From positions 62,001 through 126,000 of the forward strand of contig JAPETS010000017.1 of NCBI GenBank assembly GCA_026023565.1: 64,000 bases of DNA, read 5' to 3'. A model generated the notes under the pieces. That model worked only from the letters and a program-made list of their open reading frames with translations, did not search any database and was not told the DNA's origin. The translations under genes and the position numbers were made by a program. This document shows, one piece after another, positions 1-12,699 of the stretch. The stretch is from Cirrosporium novae-zelandiae. Taxonomy: Eukaryota. Each line of letters begins with the position of its first letter. Position 1 is the first letter of the stretch.

Positions 1-270
1 TGACATCTTTTTAGATTCAACCACCAGGAAATAATCAACATTTCCGATTTTCATGTCTCTCCCGCCTAATTCCGGTTCGACGCCTCAGCGTTCCCCCACG
101 ATCCGAGAAAGCCCTTTAAAGAAACACCAGAGAAATGTTGTATATACATGCAGTCATGTGCTTCACCGACTCCAAGGCCCTAGCTTTTAGCCTAGCCAGA
201 TGACTGGACAACCTGAAACCACAAGCATCCGTAGTCAACCATTCAGTCAACCAATAGTCCTGTTAGTCTA

Positions 271-2121
271 TTAGTCATTGCCATTGCCCTTGTCCAATTC
301 ATAGAAAAGCAAGTAGACCTCGCGTTGGAATGACAAAACTTCACTTGTCTTGCATTCTTTAACCTTTTCGTCGCTTATACGCCACCATCGATTATTCGCT
401 GCCTTCTTTTTGTGATGCCGATGATACCGTCCCTTCTTCAGGCCGGCATCTACATCATCAATCTGGATGCTAGGTGCTTCTCGAATTGAACTGGGCTGTG
501 AAGGTCTGGTACCATTACTTTGGGGTCCAATATTGAGAGTGGAGCTGGATGGGCTTTTTAAACTGTTACTTGCAGAGTGTGCTGAGACAGCCTCGTGCAT
601 TGTTCCTGTCTCAGTGGGAGATGCAGAGAGAGGCGATGGGACTCGTGGTGAAGGTGTTTGATCGGGTACTTCCAAGCTGGGTAAACCCGAAGGCGTATCC
701 CGTCCGCTAACATGATTTACGGCTTGTAGGCGAGGGCTTGGCTTTCTCGAAATATCCCTACTGGGCGTCCTTGAGTAGGGACCAGTATTTTCCCAGAGAT
801 TGGGGGTAGAGAAAGGAGGATGGACTATCTGTCTGCGGAAGGTTTCATAATGGCCGCTATCATGGCTACCTCGGTGAGCGACGATAGCAAGGAGTTTGTA
901 CCTATGTTGATCCAAAATCCCCCCTAAAGTTAACGCCTCCGGAAAAGAAACTTTTGCCGCATTCTTGCTCGAGTAGCTTCCTACCGAGTATATTGATCTT
1001 GATAGATGTATCGCTGCAATTTTCGGATACTTTGAAAGCCGGGCATATTTTTTGATCCGCCGTTTCGGGGCCTCTTTCGTATCTGGTAAAACAAGATCTG
1101 GGGGGGGATTTTCTGGATCTTCGAGAATAGCTTGTTCAAGCTTATCGATATCTGATTGAATGGAAGCCTTCTCCTCTTGCGACCATGCCCGACCCAGGGC
1201 CGCAGATCGCTTTTTGAGGGCATCCACCAGTCGGCATTTTTCACATTTGTAATCTTCTATCTCTTCAGCTTTGAACATGCCATCGAAGCAATGACTCAAC
1301 GTAGTAGAATTTTGTTGGGGAACGTTAAGGGTCAACACAGTAATCGTATTTGAATTTGGCCTGGTTTTGTATCCGCAATGTTGACATTCTATTTGAGACT
1401 CGATAATACCTTCGAAGGGGAAACCGTCTTCATCTTCAACATTATCAACATTCTGGCTCTGTATTCCCCCATGCCCTTCCGCTTTCTCTGTTAACATCTG
1501 TTGCTCAGGAGTGTCGGTACGTTCCGTACTGCTCGTATCCTCAGAAGTACGTTCTAAAGGCTGAATACTTCTTGCCCGTCTCCTTGCATTACAACCAGCA
1601 TGGTACTCATCGCACAATCTTTCCGTGACAACCTGTAAGAATTCTTGTGCATCTTGCTGTTGCCTGCTGAACCTTGTCTGATATGCCATTTCCAATGCCC
1701 CCACAAATTTTTGAGCCGATATAGTCTTCTTATACAATGTTCGTTGGTTGAGACTATCAAGCATTTCCTTAAGTGCTCTCGTAACCAATCCATCTTCCAA
1801 ATGTTTTAACACCAGCGCCTTCCGTTTGTCATTTCCAAACATCGCTTCCGGCGGTTGGTAGATCTCAGGACCGTCGAGGTCTCTGCGATGAAACTCTCGT
1901 ATAAGATATGTTCTCAGGTCACCCAGCCCAGCGAGGGCCTGTAAAACCGAATTGTAAAAACAGTCATTTGCAGAGTTGGAGAGGCCGACTGCGCCCTTCT
2001 TGCCAGCGCTACTACCCTCGCCATCAAGAAAGAAAGTCGGGCCAAAGACATAGACAAGTGTTACAGCAGCCAATGAGGCACCCGCAGCATACGCAGCAAC
2101 GGTCAATGGGCGATCTGGCAT
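271..2121 (-). CDS. Ubiquitin carboxyl-terminal hydrolase (USP/C19), Ubp16-like with N-terminal membrane anchor
   Basis: Cys box GLSNSANDCFYNSVLQAL, QQQDAQEFL, His box HRGSHDSGHY, and WWRISDEKV...YLLFYE. The first ATG (2121, MPDRPL...) precedes a hydrophobic segment; the ORF-track start at 2271 is a TTG. Intronless. Confidence 0.9.
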   Translation of the reverse strand: MPDRPLTVAAYAAGASLAAVTLVYVFGPTFFLDGEGSSAGKKGAVGLSNSANDCFYNSVLQALAGLGDLRTYLIREFHRRDLDGPEIYQPPEAMFGNDKRKALVLKHLEDGLVTRALKEMLDSLNQRTLYKKTISAQKFVGALEMAYQTRFSRQQQDAQEFLQVVTERLCDEYHAGCNARRRARSIQPLERTSEDTSSTERTDTPEQQMLTEKAEGHGGIQSQNVDNVEDEDGFPFEGIIESQIECQHCGYKTRPNSNTITVLTLNVPQQNSTTLSHCFDGMFKAEEIEDYKCEKCRLVDALKKRSAALGRAWSQEEKASIQSDIDKLEQAILEDPENPPPDLVLPDTKEAPKRRIKKYARLSKYPKIAAIHLSRSIYSVGSYSSKNAAKVSFPEALTLGGILDQHRYKLLAIVAHRGSHDSGHYETFRRQIVHPPFSTPNLWENTGPYSRTPSRDISRKPSPRLQAVNHVSGRDTPSGLPSLEVPDQTPSPRVPSPLSASPTETGTMHEAVSAHSASNSLKSPSSSTLNIGPQSNGTRPSQPSSIREAPSIQIDDVDAGLKKGRYHRHHKKKAANNRWWRISDEKVKECKTSEVLSFQREVYLLFYELDKGNGND

Positions 2122-2412
2122 TGGTGGAACGATATTTACTATTGCGGTGCCATCTATTGAATCCAAAGTTGAGCGGTGGTAATTAGCCTCAGATGCCTTG
2201 GTAATAAATATTGGAGATGGATATAGAATAAAGGATGATTTCATATACTTGTATACTTCGCTCGGATTCAAGAAGCCTTATGAATACCACAAAAAGGGCA
2301 AGTAATTCCTATTAGACTGATTGACTACGGAGTATTATTCAGATTATTCATTCCTCGGATACAAAGTCTAGAGGCATGACGGAACTCGGATGAGTTTCGG
2401 TATCCGACACCA

Positions 2413-2455
2413 CAAACAAACAACCAAACAAACAACCAAACAAACAACCAAACAA
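2413..2455. repeat. 12-bp tandem repeat (CAAACAAACAAC)n in a divergent promoter
   Basis: About 3.5 copies are directly visible between the USP and bL9m starts. Confidence 0.85.
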
Positions 2456-2570
2456 GCCACAACCCCAAAGTCACGTGTTGGTTCTTTTTCCTTTCCTCCC
2501 CCGGATAAACTGCAATATCAATTGGAATTAGTAGAAGCTCAAGCAAACACTCCACTCCAGACTGCCTATC

Positions 2571-3634
2571 ATGGAGGTCATTTCCCTCCGCAGAGCTCCT
2601 CAATGTCTCTCTTGCCTCCGCCGGATTACCACCACCCGTCCCACTCTTGAACCCTTACCCCCATCTCTTTTCCGCCAGCAGCAACAACTGCGCGGGAAGA
2701 AAAAGCTCGCTCAAGCCGCAAGCGCCTCCGTCAAAGTACGATTGCTTGATAATATTGAAGGATATGGCAGAACTGGTACCAGATTTACTACTACTCATGC
2801 ACAATATATATATATTAGCTATATGATGCCAAAGAAAAAAAGCTTATGGGTTTAATTTATTAAAAAGGTGCCATACTCGACATCCCCCGTGGGCTCATGC
2901 GCAATAAATTCCTCCCCACACGTAAAGCCGAATATATGACGGCGACACAGCTGGCGGCAATGGACCCCGATGAGCTAGAACTTGCCCAGCAGGCGGCGCA
3001 TGTAGAACGGCCGGAAGAGAAAACCGATAATGCCAAAGATACCAATACCAATTCCTTCGCCTTACCTGCTACCCCCACCCCTACTTTGAATCACAGCAAG
3101 TCTACTGCTTTGGAAATTAAGCAACAGCAGCTTGAGGTAAGAATCAATTGGGACTCATTCATAATAAATGGTTTTTTTTTTTGGAAATTACATATCCTAA
3201 TATACCTATGTTCTCTATAGCCAAAACGTGCAGCAGGCCTTCTAAGCCAGGTTCTCCCACCTGTCCTCAGCTTCCCCCGTGCCGCCATCCGTGCGCCCTC
3301 GAGCGACTCCTCCTCCTCCGGACCAGTTCCCATATACGGCTCCGTCTCAACTATCGACATTGCCAACAGCATAAAAGAAATCCTCACCTCCGCCTCCACG
3401 TCTGCTTCTCGATCCAAAAAACTTACAGCGCAAGAGCAATCCCTCGTCCTAGCCTCTCGGATCCAGGTCTCGCCCGAAGACATCTCGATTGTAGCCGCGA
3501 AGAGAGGGAGAATAGAGGCTGCGCCGGTAGAAGATGCGTCTAGGGTAAAACATTTGGGGGAATGGGACATTGAAATTAGTATCAAGGGAGTGCTGGCTCC
3601 GGTAAAAGGAAAAGTGAGGATTGTGGATGAGTAA
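2571..3634 (+). CDS. Mitochondrial ribosomal protein bL9m (L9 N-domain; yeast Mrpl50-like)
   Basis: Presequence-like N-terminus, then VKVRLLDNIEGYGRTG/AILDIPRGLMRNKFLP and C-terminal IYGSVST...VKHLGEW. Introns 2776-2867 and 3137-3220 join the frames; stop TAA at 3632-3634. Confidence 0.82.
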
Positions 3635-4237
3635 ATATTAAGGATGATAAAAGGAACCAAATAATATCGGCCGGGTGGAAGATATTGTATTATATAGGTA
3701 GGCAGAACCCGGAGACAGGCACTGCTGGTGATGTATATTGGAAGGGTTAACTCCTTCCTTTTCCTGTCTAAATGAAAAGCAGCAAATCCAGCGACAAAAC
3801 AAGCATCATCGATTACATACCAAATGATAAGATACCCTAGAAAAAAAAACCAATGGTTCTCTATAAGGCAGGGTACGTCATATTTATAATGCATGTCTAG
3901 GTTAAAATAATTCGGCAGGCCACCCATAAATACATCCAATATCCCGAACAGGGAACCTCTATAAAAGCAGTCTGTCAAGAACAACAGCCAAAAAAAAAAA
4001 AATCGAACAAATGCCAAGTTCACTTCCAACGCCACGCAGGCTTGAAAAGAAACCGCATTCAAGCGATGCTAAGGTATGTTGTAACGAACCGACCGACACA
4101 AAACACAAGTAAAACCCAGACGCTATATATAGTAGCGCCGTCATGGATGTCATCAAAGCTTTCTAGACCGGCGCATCAAGCGCCATCCGTATTTCCCATC
4201 CCCCTCCCCCAAACAAAACACCATGTATGCAACGCAT

Positions 4238-6548
4238 TCACTCCCCGACATCACCTTCCTCAACTGTTGCCAGCCTCTGGTATACGTCTCTATTGTCTCT
4301 TCTTCTCTTCATCCTAAGCGGAACTTCGTACATGCGTTCATAGTTTACAATCTCGCCATCCAGCATTCCGCTTCCGCTTTCTCGTTTGCCGAAATAAGGC
4401 GCGGGGTCGCACCAGAAGTCTTTGCAGTTGGTGAAGCAACCGCGGGACCAGGGGTTGCGACCACGACGACCTGCCCTGGAATTGCGGGTGTCTGTCGCTG
4501 TTGCTAGGAAGGTATCGAGGCCGAGAAGCTTTTTCCATTGTGTGAAGAAGCCATCGTGGTGGTGATGGTTGGGGTGACTAGCGGGATCAGGGCCAGCGCC
4601 TGTCATTGACGAGGCACCAGAGAGGGAGGATGTTATTGCAGCAGCGGCATGGGAACTCTGGGAGACACTGGTGTGGCTACGCATGTTTTCGTAGGTTGTC
4701 TGTGCGCGAGCGATTTGGACGGATTGGACAATGAGCAACATTGTGACCCAGACCGATTGAAGTGTAGACCAGACGCAGAGAACGACCGTAAATGTGTCGG
4801 GGAGAATGAGACCGCAAATTGAACTCGCAAGAATGTTACAAGTCGAGTCAGGGAGGTCGGGAAGGTTCTCGAGATGTGCAAGGGTGAGGCGCACAAATAG
4901 GATAATAGCAATTTCCATGAAGAGGATGTACATGAAAAAGTGCCGGTGGTTGTTGGCTCCGATACAGCTATTGACCCAGGGGCAGTGATGGTCGTGTTTT
5001 GCCACACAACGGCCGCAACGCTTGCAATGTTTGCTTCGTAGGGGCCTTCGAAACATGCACTGCATACAAAAGTTGTCTTCGTCATATTTCCAGATGCTAA
5101 GAAGCTCCTCGATTACAGCCTTCTGTTGGCTTCGGCTGGCTAGTTTCGAAATATATCCAGGGTTCTCGAGCATTGTGTACACGTAAAAGTAACCACACAA
5201 ACCAATAGAGGCACCGAAGAACATATTCATGATATAATTCGTAGACCACGTATCTGTAGTACGGTGAGATGATGGATTTCAAAATAGGGGTTAGGGACAT
5301 ACTAGGAAGAATCGTGGTCATCCATCGAACCCCAGCCCAAAAGAGACTGCCGGCGAAAACTCCAGCCAAGAAGGGCTACATTGATAAGTAAAATAACCTC
5401 ATGGGAAACTCAGGAATTGAACTCACTGTTTTATGTATATGCCTCATGTGAGAAGGACACCAAGGGAGAATCGCTTTGGTCACCGACTGCATTCCATAAG
5501 CTACCATTAGGGCAATCGGTATCGCTGCATATATGACCATACTGCTCAAAATCCACATTACAAGAAAGAGAATCAGAAAGGGCCAGAAAAAGAAGAATTT
5601 GTTAACCCTTGAGGCACTTTTCGTAAGGAGGCTGATAGGAAAAGGAATGGGCTTTGGATTTCCATTGTCGTCAAACCCGCATTCATCTAAAGCACGATAC
5701 CAAAATCGTGTTGTCTTCATCTCATCAGCCACTGTGGCGGGAGTCTTGTGAGTAGTCGTCTCAACAAATCTGTCGGAGCCGTATTCGATCAACTTCTGTA
5801 TACAGCCCAGAGATCCTTTTACCAGGGCCCAATGTAGAGCGGTAAATCCATTCTCGTCTGCCACATGTACGTTTGCTCCCCATTTTAAAAGCATGTCAAC
5901 GCATGCCGGATATCCTTTAAATGCAGCCCACATGAGGCATGTATGGCCTTGCGGATCTTGCAAATCAACGGGCATGTCCTGATGAAGGAGCAATACCATC
6001 AAGAAAATGTTTCCGTCAAAGGTTGCTAAGTGAAGGAGGTTATATCCTTGAATGTCGGTAAGGGTTGTATCTGCTCCGTGCTGCAGTAAAAGGTTCACGA
6101 TATAGTAATGGCATCTTTGTACTGCCCACATGGCGGGTGTAGCAACGGCTTCCCCTCCTTTCGCGTTGACATCGGCGCCAGACTCGATTAGATACTGACA
6201 AGTCGCATAGTGATTGTTGATCGCGGCCCACTGCGTTATCTTAGCCTGGATATCTCCTTGAGAACACCCCTCTTAAAACAAACGTACATGTAGTGCCGTG
6301 ATACCTTCCTGATCCTTGTAATTTGCATCATATTTTCCAGTTTCAAATAGCTTCCGTATAGCCGCTGTTTCTCCCAGCCTGGCCAGTTGGAAGAGGTCTT
6401 CTTCTATAGGTAACTTCGTTCCTCCATTATTCATATTTTGCATCTCCAGCTGCTCGTCGGCACTCAGCCTGGGCGAGGCTACCACAGTTTTTCCATTGGG
6501 CATTGATCGTAGTTTAGAAGGGGCGTTAGCCGTCTCATGGGATGACAT
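4238..6548 (-). CDS. AKR1: Ankyrin-repeat DHHC palmitoyltransferase
   Basis: N-terminal ankyrin repeats (TALHWA, TCLMWAA), TM helices, and [30 protein letters not shown]. Introns 6231-6287, 5376-5426 and 5254-5302. Confidence 0.95.
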
Positions 6549-7030
6549 TGACAACAGTTGTTTAATGGTGGATTAATGCGCTTTGGGCATCGTAGGTGGC
6601 TATGGAAAGCAAATTCAGAAGAGGGACAGGGAAATGCTTGAAGGGGAATAGCAATATATAAAATATGATGAATCCTGGAAGCTTGTATGTAGGTCCTTGC
6701 GTACTTCTTTTGAGGACCAAATCTCGGCGTCTTCTCGAAACAGCAACTAATAAACTAATAAGCTTCAGCGGCATCATCGAGGCTGAATTTACAATCCTGT
6801 GGCGGTGCACATTTTAACCGTATTAGCCCTCAACAGCCTCAACAGGAAGTACCTAAGTATCCAGCACGTGCCCTGATGAAATCAATGAAATCCCACCCAA
6901 ATCTCCAAATCTCCGAATCTCCGCAATTCGGTGCCGATACGATAACACCCACTCTCAGCTCTCAATTCTCAACTCCACCATTTTCTTCTTTCAGTTCTTC
7001 AGTGCTTCTAATTCTTGAAACTCTCCAAAT

Positions 7031-7979
7031 ATGGCTTGGTCAGATCACGATTCATGGCTCACCCTGCTCCTGGGTCCATCCCTCCTTGCCGTCGCTGTGA
7101 CGTTGGTCATAGTCCTCACCGTCCCAATTCTGCTCCACCACTTTTTCTATTACACAGGATCGCCCAAGAAACTCCCTGAATTCATTCTGATGGGACCAAG
7201 TGGCTCTGGAAAGACCTCTCTCATTACATACGTAAGGAAACATACCAAAAAGCTACCCGAAATTCAAAACACTGACACTTTCAACACAGTTCAAAAGCGG
7301 ACATGCGACGGGCACACACACTTCCCAAACCCCTCTCACCGTGGATGTCACTTTACCCTTGAACGTGATCCCTAAATCCTCAGAATACCGCGAACCCACC
7401 GATCCAGCATTGAAAATGGCACCCCAATTCTCCCTCACAGACACCCCCGGCCACGGAAAGCTGCGCCAATCCACACTGGACAACCTAGCAAAAGCGGGCA
7501 AACCCCAAAACATCCACGGAGTCATCTTCCTCGTAGATGCCGCCGCCTCGAATGGCAGTGCGGACCTGCATGACGCAGCGGAATACCTCTACGAAGTCCT
7601 CATGGCCCTCCAAAGCCGCTTCACAAAATCCAAAAACCCCAAAAAGGTGCAGCCCATCTCCCTCCTCATCGCCACAAACAAACACGACCTCTTCACCGCG
7701 CTGCCAGCCCCTTACATCAAAACAGCGCTAGAAAAAGAAATCTCTGATATCAGAAACGCCAGGACGAAAGGTCTGCTCGACTCCGCGGTCACCGCCGCAG
7801 ACGCCGGCATGATGATGGACGACGAGAAGGAATGGCTCGGAGATACAACCCAAGAGAAATTTGAGTTCGAGCAGATGGAGGAGCTGAATGTTCCGGTTTC
7901 GATAGAGGCGGGGAATGTTCTGGGTTCCGACAGGCCTGATGTTGTCAGGTGGGCGAACTGGATCGGGAGCCATTTGTGA
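7031..7979 (+). CDS. SRP102: Signal recognition particle receptor beta subunit
   Basis: N-terminal TM, P-loop GPSGSGKT, DTPGHGKLR, TNKHDLFTA. Intron 7232-7289. Confidence 0.92.
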
Positions 7980-8279
7980 AAAAGGTTGTTGCTGTTGTTA
8001 TAATCAAGATGCAGGATATGATGTATTATCATGAAGGCATAAAATATGAACGATATATAGACTCCAGCCACGAGCAAGGCTCGGTGCAGAAGAAAGAAAG
8101 AAGAATAACCGCCGCCACCACCACCAACGCAAGCATTTAATATATGATTTAGTATGTCTCTCTCCCCCCGAAAAAATAACCTCCCAACTGACTAACAAAA
8201 CCAAACCACCAGACCAAACCAAAATAGAAAAAAACCAACCAACCAACCAACCCAATTCCAACTACCCCCTAATCCAAAA

Positions 8280-8715
8280 ATAAATAAATTATAGTAGATA
8301 AACGGGGCGACGGGGGAGCGGGGATGGTTTCCCCCCGCACTCAAAAAAACTCCACTCTGATTAATTAATTAATTATATATATTTTTTCTGTTTAGGGATT
8401 AACTCTTACTTCCCAGTCCCAGCCCTAAAACCTTTCTTCAACTTCAACTTCAACTTATTATTAAATTTCACTTTGGCTATGCTTTGGACTTTTCTTCCCC
8501 CTTTCCTCCTTCCGCCTGCCCCCCATCAAAACCAGAGGAATTGTATACAGTAATTCCCTATTTATACTAGTCTAGAATATTTATTTATCGATATAAATTA
8601 ACACCGTGGTAGGGAATCAGCCTATTCAATGAACTCTTATAGTATACTCCCTCCCTCCCGTCCGTCTATCCGTCCCTCGAAGCTAGCCTAGGAAGGTAGG
8701 TAAGTCAGTAGGGGT
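8280..8715. other. AT/TpA-rich degenerate relic (possible decayed mobile element) with a GC hairpin at the left end
   Basis: Many TAA/TAG/TTAATTAA, CTTCAA repeats, and hairpin GGGGGAG...TTCCCCCC at about 8312-8336. No intact ORF. Confidence 0.35.
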
Positions 8716-8768
8716 GAACCAACGGAAAATAAACAAGAAGAGGGTGTTAAAAAGTCCTTTCGTTTCTA

Positions 8769-10772
8769 TTACGTGCCTGATAAAAATGAATATCCCGACC
8801 GCTCAAGCCCGATCGCTTCTTCATCCTGGAAGCTCGGGGATAGGGATTGGGGTCGGAATTCCTGGAGCGGTATATCATCATCACCACCACCACCATTGAA
8901 TCTCCACCCATCCTGGTCTACCGCCAATCGAACAGAAACATCCTCCGCTTTCCGCACGATGCTATCGAGCTGATCCTGCTCGGCGATTCGCTGGCGGGTA
9001 TTGGTCTCCAGCGGACAACACAGAAGCGCCAGGGGACTATTTCGCCAGGACGGGACGTCACTAGCGGCGCTCTGGAAGATAGTCGCCACAAGCGTGGGGA
9101 ACGAGATGAGCGTAAGAGTGGCGGGGTAGACGAGCCAGGGCCAGCGGACTTTGATGAAGGGTTCGGATTGGTAGCCGGTGCCGTAGTATTGATTCTGGTA
9201 AGCGGAGTTGTTGTAGCCGACAGGGGGGATTTCGTATGGGGTTTTGCGGACGATGTTTGTCATACTGGTGGCCATATTTGGGATTACGAACGAGGCGTCC
9301 CTGTCCCACAGGATCCGCACTTGGTCGCTTAGGGCCCCGCTGCCCCATACTTCGGCTTGTGAGAACCAGGATGAGACTTCTTGCTGTAAGGCGTCGAATG
9401 CTACGGCGTCGATGCTGAAAGTTGTGTTTTCGGGGGCGTTCATGCGTGTGGGGAGAGAGGCAAAGGTGAAGTTGAGTGGGAAGGGATCCAAACTAATATT
9501 TTTGTATTTGCTCCATGTCTCCACTGTATGTTGCTGCTGCAGTCCACTCTTGCTGGAGATGTCGAGAGCTTGGACGCAGAACCACAGCGCACATTCTGTG
9601 GCGCTGGGAGTCTTTTCACCATAAGGTTGTTTAATGATATCGAAAATGGTGAAATAGTAGGTGTCTTGGTCAGAGTAGTGGAAAGCGTTATCTTGTGTAG
9701 TAACACTAATATTAATCGACCCATAAAGATACGTCCGCAAGGAAGTGACATTCGTATAAGAGAGTCCGTTTGGCAGCGTATAGGTGGCGAGCGCACCGTC
9801 TTCTAGTTTGGTCATTCTTGACGTTACATTTGAACACTCGCCGCAAACTGAAAGTGTAGGAGTTGTAGGTCAGGAGCATCAGCTAGTTGGATAGGTCATT
9901 GTCAAAGGCTTGGCTCTATCGATGAATAGGCCTGAATACATTGCAGCCCTCATCTCTAGTCCCACTTCTATTGCTATACATTTGTTAAGATTGATGACAA
10001 GCGGGAAAGCTAGAGGTTCACTAACGCCCCAGACCCCCACTAGAAACATAATCTGCGTATCTATCACATCGAGTAATAGTCAAGTTTCCAGATGGGCCAG
10101 CAAGAGTCACGACCTCATTATAGGTAACCTGAAGGACTTGTTGTACGAAGGTATCGAGGCCCAACACTAGAACTGCCACCAAAGCGGCAATTGTAGATAG
10201 GTAACTATGAGCCAGAGTATGGTTAGCCACAGAATGTTAAGATAGTGTTGGGCTAATGAGGGGAAAGTTTACGCTCTCCGAGCCTTGAAGACAAATCTAA
10301 TGCTTCCCTAAAAACCTCTGGAAGTCTTGTCAAAGTCTTCCAAGAGGCTTAAATTTTCGCTCCTCTGCATACGGAACCAATACCATTTGCCTTGGCCAAT
10401 AATCGAGGCGATAGAAACCATGAGTGAAACACGTCCTATCGTAGCGAGAAGAGCAATGAAGCAGTTTAGCGTGTATTCATATGGCCAAGATGACTGAGGC
10501 CTACCATCGAACTTCTGAAGGTTGATAATGATAGCAGTAAGAAAGCAGAGAGATGAAACGGAAGCAAGGAGCTCGAATTTCCATTGCGCAACCTCGGAAA
10601 AGAGACGGCTGAAGGAGAAGAATGATCGTGGACGAAAATTAGACAAGTCGTCATCTTCAGCACTCCTCGGTTGGGGCCTAAGAAGGATAGAAGTACTAGA
10701 AGGAATGTCTTTTTTCAAGATGATATGAGATGGCTTTCGGCTCCATGTTGAGTGTGACGGTGCTGACTCCAT
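8769..10772 (-). pseudogene. DUF3176-type fungal membrane protein, inactivated by 3 in-frame stops
   Basis: Family motifs DGRPQSSWP..TLN, IGQGKWYWF, DTFVQQ, ECALWFCVQ, VRWPWL. Introns 10205-10272 and 9974-10025. Stops TAG 10308-10310 (SRGF*GS), TGA 9879-9881 and TGA 9870-9872 (TYPTS*CS*P). Confidence 0.8.
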
Positions 10773-10799
10773 AGCAATGGCTTAGCAAGATTACCCCGT

Positions 10800-12300
10800 T
10801 CCTGTAGATCTCAACATCTTGAAAGGCACCTCCGCACTTACAGAGAGTACTGCTTGATATAAAAAACCTTAGCAATGAGGCCTAGCCGTAGTTTGGTGGG
10901 TTACTCCAACCTCATGCGATATGGTGGAGGGTCCAACTATTTTCCATAATGAGGAATTATTTAAAAAGAGAAAATACATGGATAAGCATAACCGGTCTTG
11001 CTAAACCTAAGTAGACTATCAATTTATGCCATCATTAGCATTAAGCCGAGTATTAAACCCCATTTAGGAGAAGCTGAGCTGCATCATTCCGAAGCTGAAA
11101 ATCGATAAGTTATCAGATGGTGCTACTATGGCGGCTATGAATAAATTTCTGGTTTAAGAAGATAATTAATACTCCATCTTTGTCCACATATAGAGTATAC
11201 CGAGATGAGGCCCAGGCGTAGGAAGGAAGTCAAGCTGCGGAAAGATATTACAGGTTGTGAGAATGATAAACTGTGAGAGCAACCCCTAGGATTTAGCTAG
11301 CACGTGTACACACGTGACCAGCCATCTTCAAGGATAACTCTTCCTTCAGATTGCCAAACTGTGAGAAGTTCTCATGACGATTATCATGATCATGGAGAGG
11401 CTGGTGAGATAGCTTATCTCTTGATGAGCTTTCCCAAGAGATCTGCTCTAGGACCGCGTAGCAGCATGCGGTATTATCTTTAGCCTTTGATATCTCTTCA
11501 AGCAATTATCCGATGGATTACTTTGTCTACTAAATTCAGGCCAGCTCTTGATATTAGTCCTAACATGATTTTAATCAGACACATAATCGTCTTGTGTCTC
11601 ATTGAAGCTGTAAGTAGCTTAAGTCTACCTGTCCACATGGGTGCTTGGGAAAGACTTATTCCTTCCATACAGGCTGGTAACCAAAGAAACAATTCAGGAT
11701 GCATACGCACGTCTCAAAACACTGACTGGCAGAATATTTATTTAACATGCTACGATAAAAACAATCTTCTTTAGTGGTGAAAATGTTATGGTATAGCTAG
11801 TTACAGCACTACCTTTTAGGTAGGAAAACACAGCTAAATTATTTAAAGGGTTGCGGAGACGATTGGGGGGTCAATAAATTTCTAGAAATACTAGAAGGAG
11901 AAGAGGCCCAGCTCAAAAAACATCAAGCAAAAAGATTCGGCTTGTATGGGGGGGAGGAGTCTTGGGCCAACAGAAGCTGTGAAAATGAACGTAGCAGAGG
12001 CTCGGGTTATAGATCTGAGGAGAGCGGAGGCATGTAAGTCGTGCGTCGCAGGCTCATCTTCTAGGGCTAATAAGCACAATTCCAAAAATCCGTCAAATAG
12101 AAAAAGGTGGCAATTAATAAGATATATATAGGGGTCTACATCTGAGATTTATATGCAGGTATCTTGTTGGCTTTAATGCTCCTAGAGACAGATGTGAAAG
12201 GGGTATTGATGTGAGTATATGACTAAGGTCTTGAGTCTATGGTGAACATTGCAGACATATGCAACGGCCACGCCAATTATCCAGTGGAATTGCTGGGTTA
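10800..12300. other. TpA-rich degenerate coding relic of unknown origin
   Basis: Protein-like stretches on + (e.g. KGCGDDWGVNKFLEILEGEEAQLKK) are interrupted by many TAA/TAG/TGA codons. No recognisable domain. Confidence 0.3.
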
Positions 12301-12699
12301 CGGTAGTAGTTCGTTGATCTGCTGAGGCGATGATGGCGTTGAACTGGATCGATGGATAATATGACTTTTCTCACTGTCCGGAATAAGACTGTTAAGATAG
12401 AGACGCTGGGGAATATTTTTTAACCAGTGCGATGAGGAGTTGTGGATTGTTGCTGCCATCCAAAGGCGTACATGAAACCAGAGGCCCCACATCACTTAAT
12501 GGGGTGATACATTCACTACTATAAAATCGCCATAGGTGATAGAAAGTAGGCTAGTCGCCCTTTCCTACATATAAATAAAAAATAGTTTCAAAGCTTCCGT
12601 GGCATTTTACCTTTAGACAACCACTAACCTCGCATCAACTCCAAATGCATATTCCTCTTTTGATTAATATCCCCTCCGAGGTCTGTGCCTTCAACGATA

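Noticed and set aside
3091..4062. 323-aa minus-strand ORF
   Set aside because: Antisense to bL9m exon 3 and the 3' UTRs; non-ATG start, low-complexity translation, no motif.
6665..6786. ATGATGA...CTGA as a box C/D snoRNA
   Set aside because: No convincing rRNA-complementary guide or C'/D' boxes; it lies antisense in the AKR1 leader and is plausibly chance.
9870..10310. A-to-I editing or an alternative genetic code as the explanation for the DUF3176 stops
   Set aside because: All three stop types terminate normal genes in this window, and accompanying missense transitions at conserved residues point to mutational decay.
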